Shown here: piece after piece, positions 10,153 to 19,075 of the stretch
Numbering within the stretch: the stretch's first letter is position 1
Layout of the letters: each line of letters opens with the position of its first letter
Origin: Sulfolobales archaeon
GTDB lineage: Archaea > Thermoproteota > Thermoprotei_A > Sulfolobales > AG1
Length of the DNA stretch: 64,000 bases
Assembly (NCBI GenBank): GCA_038867615.1
Contig: JAWBYA010000001.1
Span: 224,001 to 288,000 of the forward strand
Direction: 5' to 3'
Made by a program: the position numbers and the translations under genes
Notes under the pieces: generated by a model
Told to the model about the DNA's origin: nothing
The model's database searches: none
Seen by the model: only the letters and a program-made list of their open reading frames with translations

Positions 10153-11259
10153 CTACCCCAGCCTCACGCCGTGATCCCTATGATAGCTCTCTCTATGAGC
10201 CCCTGGTGCTAGGATAACAAACCTAGCCCTCTCCCACAGCTCCTCTATATTTCTAGCACCGACATATGAGAAGCCCGATCTCAGCCCGCTCACTATGTTT
10301 GAGACAACCTCGGCGACAACTCCTCTATATGGTACGAGCATCTCTATACCCTCTGCAGCATATGACGATAGATCCTCGGGATCCTGGTTATCTATAGATA
10401 CTCTCTGAAGGTATGAGGAATTACTAGCCATACCTCTATACAGCTTATACTTTCTACCATCGATCATAACGGGTTTTCCAGGAGCCTCCTCGGTTCCTGC
10501 TAATAGATAGCCTATCATCGCGCTCGAAGCCCCAGCCGCCAGTGCTTTAACAATATCGCCCGAGGATCTCATACCACCATCCGCTATGATCGGGACTCCG
10601 TAGGGTTTCGCAACGCTATATACATTCATGATCGCTGTGAGCTGGGGAACACCTACACCGGCAACGATTCTCGTGATACAGACATGCCCCGGACCTATAC
10701 CCACCTTGATCCCGTCTACATCTAGCTCGATAAGATCCCTTGCAGCCTCTCCTGTAGCTATGTTACCCACAACGATATCCACGGAATCGCTGATAACCTT
10801 CTTAATATTCCTCACAGCCTCGAAAACTGGTTTTGAATGAGCATGGGCGACATCAATCACTATAGCATCAACACCAGATCTATAGAGCCTCTCAGCCCTC
10901 TCCAGATAATCCCCCCTCACACCAACTGCAGCTGCTACGGCGAGCCTTCCATCAAGGCCTAGCGATTCGTTGCTCGATAATCCTACGGGTTGTTCTTTAA
11001 CCCTCTTCACCTCTTCCACCTGTCTATCGATCGGCATGAATCTATGTATAACACCTATCCCACCCATCCTGGCCATAGCTATAGCCATTCTCGATTCCGT
11101 CACACTATCCATTGCTGCACTTACTAACGGTATATTGATCCATATTCTTCTAGAGAACCTTGTTCTCAGCGACACCTCTGACCTTGAGTTAAGATCCGAG
11201 TAGCTAGGAACTAGAAGGACATCATCTAGGGAGAGACCATAGCCTATTACTTTGCCCAG
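10153..11259 (-). CDS. IMPDH/GMP reductase family protein without CBS domain, GMP-reductase-like
   Basis: SAAMDSV, GIGVIHR, IDVAHAH, GIGPGHVCITR, ADGG and YRGMAS motifs. The conserved N-terminal LSLDDVLLVP lies upstream of the track start, implying a CTG start at 11259. Confidence 0.85.
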   Translation of the reverse strand: MGKVIGYGLSLDDVLLVPSYSDLNSRSEVSLRTRFSRRIWINIPLVSAAMDSVTESRMAIAMARMGGIGVIHRFMPIDRQVEEVKRVKEQPVGLSSNESLGLDGRLAVAAAVGVRGDYLERAERLYRSGVDAIVIDVAHAHSKPVFEAVRNIKKVISDSVDIVVGNIATGEAARDLIELDVDGIKVGIGPGHVCITRIVAGVGVPQLTAIMNVYSVAKPYGVPIIADGGMRSSGDIVKALAAGASSAMIGYLLAGTEEAPGKPVMIDGRKYKLYRGMASNSSYLQRVSIDNQDPEDLSSYAAEGIEMLVPYRGVVAEVVSNIVSGLRSGFSYVGARNIEELWERARFVILAPGAHRESYHRDHGVRLG

Positions 11260-11347
11260 ATATCCCTAACAATCCTGTGTTTAAGGGGTATATAAATACT
11301 AGGCGAAAAAGATCTTTTTATTACCATGAAAAAGTAAAAACCTATCC

Positions 11348-11431
11348 CTTTCTATTAATAGCTACTTGGTATGCTATCTCAGCGGCTTTCTCGCCAGAGA
11401 GAAGCATCTTTCAATTCTATAGTAGATCGAC
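11348..11431 (-). CRISPR. Mini-CRISPR unit: repeat R2 (11408-11431), 37-nt spacer-like segment and possible degenerate terminal repeat (11348-11370)
   Basis: R2 is ctttcaattctatagtagatcgac on the + strand. 60 bp lower lies ctttctattaatagctacttggt, a partial match. R2 itself is solid; the second repeat is tentative. Confidence 0.65.
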
Positions 11432-11970
11432 CCTGTGGGTTTGTTGATGACTGTTGAGCCCAGCTGCATAGGGCTTCTATCTATTGTGAGATCATTCCCT
11501 AGATGGGGTTCGGGCTTCATAGCGGTTGATTTTGCTTGATATCAACCGCTCAGCCCTTGGTTTCATAGGCCTCAGGGCCCCTTTCATTGGAGCCCTTATC
11601 ACTGGCCTCCACCCGTTCGGGGTGACCCCAACCCACAGCTTCCCTTCATTGCATTGCTCTGGTTCATTGCTGTGGGGAACCCCTGCATTTTGGATTTTAT
11701 TTAACCCGCCCCTCGGGTCTCTATCTCTATCCTCATTGTTGGGCGGCATCCCAGTGAAATATAAGAGCTTATATAAGGTTACATTACTGCAGAACTACGA
11801 GCTTAATATCAACCCCTATAAACCACCATGAAGCTCGAAGCAGCTGGCTACGGCTTGGAGCTATGCTCCCATCACCACCTAGAGTCAATATTGAGATCAA
11901 CTCATCACCAGAAACAATTTTAATCAGATATTATAAATCTTTACATAGGATATCAGTAAGAAAAACAGCC
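11432..11970 (-). repeat. Family A leader-like element, copy A2, split by a family B insertion
   Basis: 11432-11506 and 11850-11970 rejoin to a sequence co-linear with A1 and A3; TATA at 11931-11938; palindrome at 11857-11869. Confidence 0.85.
11507..11849. mobile_element. Family B MITE-like element, long copy B2 nested in A2
   Basis: Imperfect ~34-bp subterminal inverted repeats (26/34 by hand); flanked by ATGG and ACGG; close homolog at 29907-30161. Confidence 0.85.
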
Positions 11971-12130
11971 TGTTATAATTATGTCGCCCTTCGAGTACTC
12001 CTTGATCATGTTGTGAAGGCTTCTGCGAAGATTCTCTTACTAGCTATGTCTTTCACTTCTAAGCCTTTCTTAGGGTATTTATAAGTATTCTATAGATAAT
12101 CTATTTATGGGTTCCTTTTTTAAAGCGGGA

Positions 12131-13357
12131 TCATACGGGTTTCATCAGGATCTTCTCTTCGTTGAGTAGGTAGGATGATGCTATGATCATTATTATTGAG
12201 AATACTGCTAGGGCTAGTAGGTGGGTCATAGATCCTGTTATATCTCCTAGGGAGAAGAGTCTTATGGCTAGCACTGAGTGTGTATATGGAAGGATCATCA
12301 TTGGTATGGATACGCTTGTGGGCAGCCTATCTATATCTACGAATAATGCTGAGAAGAAGATAGATGATGCTATAACCGTTATTATTGATGAGGCTATCTG
12401 GGCAGACCTTACAGTGGCGCTCCTAACTATGATTGGTAGTGAGAGTGCTAGTGTTGAGAGTATTGTTAGGTAGACTACGAAGGCGCTTAGAAGCACTAGC
12501 TGTGGATCGTAGACGCTTGTGCCAAGAGCTCCGTGGGCTAGGATCTGGAGGAAGATCACCACGGCTATGATCTCTATTGCTGCTGCGAATAACCCCACAA
12601 GAGAGCTTGAGAATGCTTTAGCTAGTATGAGATCCCGTCTCCTCAGCGGGGCCATTAGAAGCACCTCAAGGGTTCTCCTCTCCTTCTCACCAAGGATCGA
12701 GTCGACAACATATGTGGTTGCAGGTGTTGCTACAAATATTAGTGAGAATGCTAGTAGTCTTGCAACATAGATTCTCAAGGCTTGCTCGTATCCGATCTCC
12801 TCTCCAGTTGGTGTTATGTATGTTGTTAGAAGAACAACCACAGGATCCCTTATACTCTCGGGGTTAGCATTGATCTCTGCCCTCGATGCTAGGAGCCCGA
12901 TCTTGAGGTTTGATACGTGGGTTGAGAGTTCCTGTAGGACTGAATATAGATCTGAGAGAAGCCTGTCAGCCCTAGGAGACCCAGGGATCCTCTGGATCTC
13001 TACATATGCTCTATCAACTAGAGAGGATAGGTTTTTCGAGAACCCCTGGGGTATGATTAGCACAGCATCTATTGGGGAGCTAGTCTCACCAATATATACT
13101 GAGTAGCCCTTAGAAACCATGGATCTCGATATATATTCAGATATATCCGAAGACTCTATAGTGATATTCCCTATAGAGCCTGTCGAGCTATCCCTGTTAA
13201 CTATAAGCAGGGCTCCCTGCTCGAGGGATTGTAGATAGGTGCTCATAAAGCCTAGGAGGGGTAGCATGATGAGGGGCAGGGCTCCCAGGGCTGCTAGGGT
13301 TCTATAATCCCTCACAAGCTCTAGGAACTCCTTCCATATTAGGGGTCTCATGCCCAT
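12131..13357 (-). CDS. ABC-2 permease, NatB-like
   Basis: KEFLELVRD N-terminus, GEKERRTLEVLL, PYTH; coupled to the adjacent ATPase. Confidence 0.88.
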   Translation of the reverse strand: MGMRPLIWKEFLELVRDYRTLAALGALPLIMLPLLGFMSTYLQSLEQGALLIVNRDSSTGSIGNITIESSDISEYISRSMVSKGYSVYIGETSSPIDAVLIIPQGFSKNLSSLVDRAYVEIQRIPGSPRADRLLSDLYSVLQELSTHVSNLKIGLLASRAEINANPESIRDPVVVLLTTYITPTGEEIGYEQALRIYVARLLAFSLIFVATPATTYVVDSILGEKERRTLEVLLMAPLRRRDLILAKAFSSSLVGLFAAAIEIIAVVIFLQILAHGALGTSVYDPQLVLLSAFVVYLTILSTLALSLPIIVRSATVRSAQIASSIITVIASSIFFSALFVDIDRLPTSVSIPMMILPYTHSVLAIRLFSLGDITGSMTHLLALAVFSIIMIIASSYLLNEEKILMKPV

Positions 13358-13361
13358 AGAT

Positions 13362-14108
13362 CTATCCCCCAGATCTTGATACAAGGCTTACGAAAGACTC
13401 CTCGAGATTCTTAGCACCCGTGATCCTCTTTATCTCCTCCACACTACCCTCACCAACGATGACACCGTTGTTTATTAAGGCAACCCTATCGCATAGATAT
13501 TCCACTTCAAACATGTTATGGCTTGAAAGGATAACAGAGGATCCGGTGGGTTTTGAGTACTCTTTAATAGCCTCTCTAACCTGTAGCGATGAGAATACAT
13601 CAAGGCCTGATGTTGGCTCGTCTAGAATTGCTAGGCGTGGCTCTGACATGAATACCCTTGCTATTAGCAACCTCCTCCTCATCCCCTTACTATATGTTCC
13701 AGCCCTCCTCCTTAGGTCGTTTATAGAGAGTCCGGAGATCCTGATCCCTATATCTAGGGCCTTCTCAACATCGAGGCCATAGAGCTCTGCGAAGAATCTC
13801 AGATACTCTAGACCACTTAGCCTCGAATACACATCAGCCTCTTCCGGGAGATAGCTTATCCTTCTCCTAATACTCGGCAGATCCCTATTCTCCCTCAGAT
13901 CTACGCCCAAGATCCTCACACTACCCGAGGTGGGTTTAGCAAGGGTTGCCGCTATCCTTAGCGTTGTTGTCTTCCCAGCACCGTTAGGCCCTACGAGACA
14001 ATAGATCTCTCCAGGCGCTACCCTAAAGCTAATACCCCTCAGAACCTCCCTAGATCCATAGCTCTTCCTGACATCGATAAACTCAACCACATTCTCCACA
14101 ACAGGCAC
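13362..14108 (-). CDS. ABC transporter ATP-binding protein, NatA-like
   Basis: GPNGAGKTT, YSKGM, DEPT, SSH and NLEESF motifs. Confidence 0.92.
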   Translation of the reverse strand: MPVVENVVEFIDVRKSYGSREVLRGISFRVAPGEIYCLVGPNGAGKTTTLRIAATLAKPTSGSVRILGVDLRENRDLPSIRRRISYLPEEADVYSRLSGLEYLRFFAELYGLDVEKALDIGIRISGLSINDLRRRAGTYSKGMRRRLLIARVFMSEPRLAILDEPTSGLDVFSSLQVREAIKEYSKPTGSSVILSSHNMFEVEYLCDRVALINNGVIVGEGSVEEIKRITGAKNLEESFVSLVSRSGG

Positions 14109-14168
14109 TCATGATTAGTAATACATGCGATAATATATAGGGTTCCTCCATATAATATTGGTGATCCT

Positions 14169-14432
14169 TTGGGAGAGGTGGAGGAACCGCCTGAGGATCT
14201 CATAGAGGGTTTGAAGAGCATTATAAAGATAGTTAAGGAGTCTAGGAAGCATATTGGAGAGGATAGATGGAGCACGATCGAAGAGGATCTAGTGATGCTG
14301 ATATCAGATATACTCCACGCATGGATGGAGAAGAACAACATAGATCCCGACAAAGCCACCGTGAGAATCGAGGTTGAGGAGGAGGAAATAGAGGTAGAGA
14401 TCCCGAGAAGAATCACAAGGTTTAGAATGTAA
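14169..14432 (+). CDS. Hypothetical acidic protein
   Basis: GGTGA SD-like motif upstream, native codon style, fills the intergenic gap. Confidence 0.65.
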   Translation: MGEVEEPPEDLIEGLKSIIKIVKESRKHIGEDRWSTIEEDLVMLISDILHAWMEKNNIDPDKATVRIEVEEEEIEVEIPRRITRFRM

Positions 14433-14465
14433 CAGCTAGTATACCAAGAATCGCGGGAGCCGTGG

Positions 14466-14969
14466 ATGGCGTGTCGATTACCTAGAGAGCCAGGTGTATA
14501 TATTATCATCATAAGAGTTGGCAGAGATACTAGTATAACTACACACGGTGGAAAGAGATTCACTATCCCATCTGGCGTGTACCTCTATATAGGGTCAGCA
14601 ATGGGTAAGGGAGGTATATATAGAAGGGTTGCAAGACATATAAACAAACCCAGATCTCTCTTCTGGCATATTGATTATCTATTGCATCAACAATCCACAG
14701 AAATCCTGGGGATCCTTTACAAGACGCATGAGGATCGAGAGGATTACGAGGCAAGACTAGCCCTAGCCTTTAAAGAGATCTTCACAGGAATCCCTGGTTT
14801 TGGGTGTAGCGACAAACCCGAGGACTATTCCCACCTATACCTATGCGGCTACTCCGAGGATGAATGTCTAGAGAGGATAAATGAGACGGGCATAGCTGAT
14901 CTAACTTATTGCCGTATAAACGATCTTGCAGGCGTCTCGAACATATCCCACAGATCCCGATCCCTATAG
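14466..14969 (+). CDS. GIY-YIG/Uri-like nuclease, DUF123 family
   Basis: PGVY, GVYLYIGSA, WHIDYL, GFGCSD and SHL motifs. Confidence 0.88.
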   Translation: MACRLPREPGVYIIIIRVGRDTSITTHGGKRFTIPSGVYLYIGSAMGKGGIYRRVARHINKPRSLFWHIDYLLHQQSTEILGILYKTHEDREDYEARLALAFKEIFTGIPGFGCSDKPEDYSHLYLCGYSEDECLERINETGIADLTYCRINDLAGVSNISHRSRSL

Positions 14970-15135
14970 ATCTGTGATGCAGAGACACGCCCAGACTTGA
15001 TATAAGGGAGCATAAAATAACAACAATCGATACCCAGAGACAAACCATATCGAGGAGCGGTTTGTCTAAAAACATCAGATCCTTTTGGATATTGCTATAC
15101 CAACCCAGCTTGCTACTAGTCCAAACAATAATCCC

Positions 15136-15159
15136 TTTTCAATTCTATAGTAGATCGAT
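15136..15159 (-). CRISPR. Solitary CRISPR repeat R3 (ATCGATCTACTATAGAATTGAAAA)
   Basis: The internal 22 nt are identical to R1 and R2; it abuts leader copy A3; no second repeat was seen. Confidence 0.8.
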
Positions 15160-15357
15160 CCCATGGGTTTATGGGCTGCCGTCGAGCCAAACAGCACTTG
15201 ACTCCCATCTAGGTTTAAGGGATCATCCCCCGGATGGCTCGGAGCATTGCTCCCATCACCACCCAGAATCAACATGGAGATCAACTCATCACCAAAAACA
15301 ATTCCAACCATAAGATTATAAATCTTTCCCACGAATATTAAAAAGAAAACAGCCCAG
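15160..15357 (-). repeat. Family A leader-like element, copy A3
   Basis: Co-linear with A1; TATA at 15316-15323; palindrome GGAGCATTGCTCC at 15241-15253; terminal AAAAGAAAACAGCCCAG. Confidence 0.85.
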
Positions 15358-15483
15358 AGCCTATCCCAAGAAAAGCTCCTATACCGCCGGCTAATCCTGT
15401 TAATACTCTGTCTCGGGTGCTTCTCACAAGCTCCTTGGATGCGATAGCACGCTACCCCTGCTTTAAGTCTTTTAGGTATATTT

Positions 15484-16641
15484 TTATAGTAACCATTTGG
15501 CTCCGTGTCTCAGTAGGTGTTTTGATATAACTAGCTTCAGGATCTCGTTTGTCCCCTCGCCTATTTCGAGGAGTTTTGAGTCTCTATAGATCCTCTCGAC
15601 GTTGCTTTCCTTACTATACCCATAGCCCCCCATGAGTCTTACAGCCTCGTTAGCAACCCTCACACTGGCTTGGGATGAGTGGAGCTTTGTGACGGCAGCC
15701 ATTACTGGGAAGTCCTCTGATCCTTTTCTATAGAGCTCTGCAGCCCTGTATACAAGGGATCTTGAGCTCTCTATAAGTGTATAGAGATCTGCTAGTGTGA
15801 ACTGGATCGCCTGGAACTCTATAACAGGCTTTTCGAAAGCTATCCTCTGTGTTAGGAATGAGTATGCCTCCTCATAGGCAGCCTCGGCTAACCCTACTCC
15901 TAGAGCGCTTATTGCAACCCTGCCCACGTTGAGAGCATCCATAGCTACTTTAAAGCCTTCCCGGGGAGGTGCTATGATATCGTCATCTCCTGCTCTGCAC
16001 TCATCTATAACAACCTCAGCTGTTCCCGTACCTCTAAAGCCCATAACCTCTATGGGGTTTGTCTTTATACAGCTGCTTCTCTTTAGCAGAACCGCGGCTA
16101 TATTCCTATGCCTCTCACTCCTAGGCCCGGTTCTCCCGAACACTATGAAGTAGTCAGCATAAAGCCCCTGGGTTATCCAGGTTTTTGTACCCTTGACAAC
16201 CCACTCTCCCCCCTGTCTCTCTATGCTTGTCTCTATGTTGGCGGCATCGCTCCCACAGCAAGGCTCGCTGAGGGCGAAGGATCCTATAGCATCGCCGGAA
16301 GCTAGTTTTGGGATAACCTCCTCAGCAACCCTCTTGGAAGCATTGCTGACAAGGATATGGGTTACAAGTGTTCCCTGAACCTCAGATATAAGGGCAACAG
16401 AGCCGCTGAACCTAGCAAGCTCTTCCAAGACCACAGAGACTCCTAGGAGGTCTAGACCAGCTCCCCCAAGATCTTCTGGGACGTTTGGCGCCAGTATCCC
16501 CATCCTACCCATCTCCCTGACAAGCTCCCTCGGGTACCAGTTCTCGGCATCTATCTTTCTAGCGAGTGGGACGACATGTTTTGAGGCAAACTCTCTAACG
16601 CTCTTCCTAAGAATCAATAGATCTTCCTCCACGCAATCCAC
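15484..16641 (-). CDS. Acyl-CoA dehydrogenase
   Basis: FALSEP.GSD, GTKTWIT, MGGYGY and EIGEGTNEI motifs. Confidence 0.95.
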   Translation of the reverse strand: MDCVEEDLLILRKSVREFASKHVVPLARKIDAENWYPRELVREMGRMGILAPNVPEDLGGAGLDLLGVSVVLEELARFSGSVALISEVQGTLVTHILVSNASKRVAEEVIPKLASGDAIGSFALSEPCCGSDAANIETSIERQGGEWVVKGTKTWITQGLYADYFIVFGRTGPRSERHRNIAAVLLKRSSCIKTNPIEVMGFRGTGTAEVVIDECRAGDDDIIAPPREGFKVAMDALNVGRVAISALGVGLAEAAYEEAYSFLTQRIAFEKPVIEFQAIQFTLADLYTLIESSRSLVYRAAELYRKGSEDFPVMAAVTKLHSSQASVRVANEAVRLMGGYGYSKESNVERIYRDSKLLEIGEGTNEILKLVISKHLLRHGAKWLL

Positions 16642-16828
16642 CCATGTCTAGTACGTTAGGGAGGCTATATGATTCCTTTAACACGTTTCGATCGATATTT
16701 TGGCTTTATAATGCTAGCATGACTAGCTCTTATCATACAAGCCAGCGATCGGATCTCCGACCAATATAGAATCTTTAGAGTGTTGCTTATTAGTTCGCAC
16801 TGTAAATTATCTAGCAGAGCGTGTCCTC

Positions 16829-17338
16829 ATGCCGAGGATCAGGGTTGTGAGGCTCCATGTGCAGGGAGGTAAGGCGTCGCCAGCACCGCCGCTCGGGCCT
16901 ACTCTGCAACAGCTAGGGTTAGATCCCGCGAAGGTTGTTGATGATATTAACAAAGCTACAAAGCCCTATGAGGGGTATGAGGTGAGGGTCGACGTGATCG
17001 TTGATCTTGATACTCTTCACTACGATCTCAGGGTTAAGCTACCAACCACTACGAGCTTGCTCTTAAAAGCTGTTGGTGCGGAAGCACCGTCGGGGGATCC
17101 TGCTCATAAGAAGATCGGGGATCTGAGTCTCGAGAAGATCGTGGAGATAGCTATTATTAAGAAACCGGAGCTCAATGCCAAGAGTCTGAAAGCCGCTGTG
17201 AAAACGATTCTTGGGAGTGCTAAGAGCATTGGGATCACTGTTGAGGGGAAAGACCCTAAGGAGGTTCAGGCAGAGATAGATAGAGGTCTTCACGATTCAT
17301 TATTGCTTAAATATGAGGATAGGTGGAGATCTCAGTAG
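16829..17338 (+). CDS. rpl11: 50S ribosomal protein uL11
   Basis: [14 protein letters not shown] and [17 protein letters not shown]. Confidence 0.96.
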   Translation: MPRIRVVRLHVQGGKASPAPPLGPTLQQLGLDPAKVVDDINKATKPYEGYEVRVDVIVDLDTLHYDLRVKLPTTTSLLLKAVGAEAPSGDPAHKKIGDLSLEKIVEIAIIKKPELNAKSLKAAVKTILGSAKSIGITVEGKDPKEVQAEIDRGLHDSLLLKYEDRWRSQ

Positions 17339-17352
17339 GAGGGGTAGTGCTT

Positions 17353-18000
17353 ATGCTGTCAAAAGAGATCCTTGTGCAGAGAATAGCTGAGGCGATCAAG
17401 ATAGGCTCTGGAAGGAGGTTTAAACAAAGCGTTGAGCTGGTTGTTGTTTTCAAAGGAATCGATCCCAAATCCCCTAAGGCGAGGTTCAGAGACGCGGTGT
17501 ATCTACCCAAGGGGCTTGGGAAGAGCTCGTATATATGTGTAGTAGCAGATGGTGACACCCTTATAAGGGCTAGGAATGCTGGTGTAGATCTCGCGATCTC
17601 TAGGGAGGAGCTCCAGAAGCTCAGCAAGAAGCAGGCTAAGGCTATAGCCTCTAAGTGTGACTGGATCCTTGTGAGAACGGACCTCATGGGTCTTGCCGGA
17701 AGGATCCTGGGACCAGCCCTCGGACCTAGGGGGAAGGCGCCGACGCCTCTTGATGTGAACGCAGATATAGCTTCTCTGGTCAAGTACTATAGATCAGTTA
17801 CAAGGCTTAGGAACAAAGAGCAGCCCTTCGTCTCAGGGATTATAGGGAGAGAGGATATGAATCCCGAGGATCTTGCTGAGAACGCCCTCGCAGTGCTCGG
17901 CTTTATAGAGAATAAGCTGGAAGAGCCTTTATCGGTTGCTGTTAAGAAGATTATTGTTAAAACAACCATGGGTGTACCGGTAGAGGTGCCTGTTCAATGA
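17353..18000 (+). CDS. rpl1: 50S ribosomal protein uL1
   Basis: RRFKQSVEL, LGPALGPRGK and KTTMG; start taken at ATG 17353. Confidence 0.96.
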   Translation: MLSKEILVQRIAEAIKIGSGRRFKQSVELVVVFKGIDPKSPKARFRDAVYLPKGLGKSSYICVVADGDTLIRARNAGVDLAISREELQKLSKKQAKAIASKCDWILVRTDLMGLAGRILGPALGPRGKAPTPLDVNADIASLVKYYRSVTRLRNKEQPFVSGIIGREDMNPEDLAENALAVLGFIENKLEEPLSVAVKKIIVKTTMGVPVEVPVQ

Positions 18001-19064
18001 GGGGTAGGACTAGGAGGCTTTATGAGAAAGCCCTTAAAGATATGAAAAGGGCTAGAGAGGAGCGTGTTAGGAAGTCTATTGAGGCTAAAGCCGCCCTTGC
18101 CGAAGAGATCAAGAAGATCCTTAGGGGCTCTAGGAGCTTTGTCGTGATCTCAGCAACGAGGCTGCCGGGATCACAGTTCCTAGAGATCAAGAGGAAGCTT
18201 GAGGCCAAGGGGCTTAGGGTAAACATGATCAAGGGGAAGGTTTTCCTCAAAGCAGCAGCAGATCTAGGGCTGAAGGGCGTTGAGAAGATGGAGCCAATGG
18301 TGACTAACCCAAGCATATTCATATTCTCATCAGATCATAACGTGTTCGAGCTAGGAGAGATTGTGAGGAGCATAAAGGCATATAGAAAGGCTAAGCCTGG
18401 TGATAAAACTGACGCGGAGATCGTGATCCCAGCCGGGCCTACCGGTATACCTCCAGGGCCTATGATAAGCGTCTTCGGCAGGCTAAAGATCCCTGTACAG
18501 CCGAGGGGCTCAGAGATCCATGTGATCAGGGATACGGTTGTGGCAAAACCAGGGCAGGAGATAAGCCCTGAGCTAGCCTCACTGCTAAACAAGCTTGGCA
18601 TAACACCGTTCATAGTTAAACCCAACCTTGTGTTCGGCTATGAGGATGGCTTAGTAATACCTGGGGAGAACCTGGTTCTCGACATAGAGGGGACTAGGAA
18701 GACGCTTATAGACGCTATATCGAGGGGCTATGCACTGGCAACAGAGCTCGTGATCCCAGATAAGATCGTTATGGAGATGGTGATTAGAAAAGCCTATATG
18801 AGAGCCCTCTCGATCTCGACGGAAATCGGGCTGGTTACTCCGGAGAGCGCTCCAGAGATTATTAGGAGAGCATATGCTAAAGCTCTAGCCCTAGCCCAAG
18901 CCCTCCAGGGATCCGTGGATCTAGGGTTAAAGGTAGTGGCAGAGACCAAGGCTCAGGAGCAGGCTAAGAAGGAGGAGAAGAAAGAGCCAGCAGAGGAGGA
19001 GAAGGAGAAGAAAGAGGTTAGTGAGGAAGAGTTAGAACAGGGTCTCTCAGCGCTCTTCGGCTAG
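17997..19064 (+). CDS. rpl10: 50S ribosomal protein uL10 (P0)
   Basis: IPAGPTGIPPGP; acidic tail ending GLSALFG. Confidence 0.96.
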   Translation: MRGRTRRLYEKALKDMKRAREERVRKSIEAKAALAEEIKKILRGSRSFVVISATRLPGSQFLEIKRKLEAKGLRVNMIKGKVFLKAAADLGLKGVEKMEPMVTNPSIFIFSSDHNVFELGEIVRSIKAYRKAKPGDKTDAEIVIPAGPTGIPPGPMISVFGRLKIPVQPRGSEIHVIRDTVVAKPGQEISPELASLLNKLGITPFIVKPNLVFGYEDGLVIPGENLVLDIEGTRKTLIDAISRGYALATELVIPDKIVMEMVIRKAYMRALSISTEIGLVTPESAPEIIRRAYAKALALAQALQGSVDLGLKVVAETKAQEQAKKEEKKEPAEEEKEKKEVSEEELEQGLSALFG

Positions 19065-19075
19065 CCCGCTCAAAA

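Noticed and set aside
11492-11831. ORFs within B2 and B3 as a possible transposase
   Set aside because: Short, no DDE/HUH/serine-recombinase motifs, and the frames are not preserved between copies.
8908-15159. A conventional multi-spacer CRISPR array or cas operon
   Set aside because: The repeats are kilobases apart, each with its own leader, and no cas gene other than cas6 is present.
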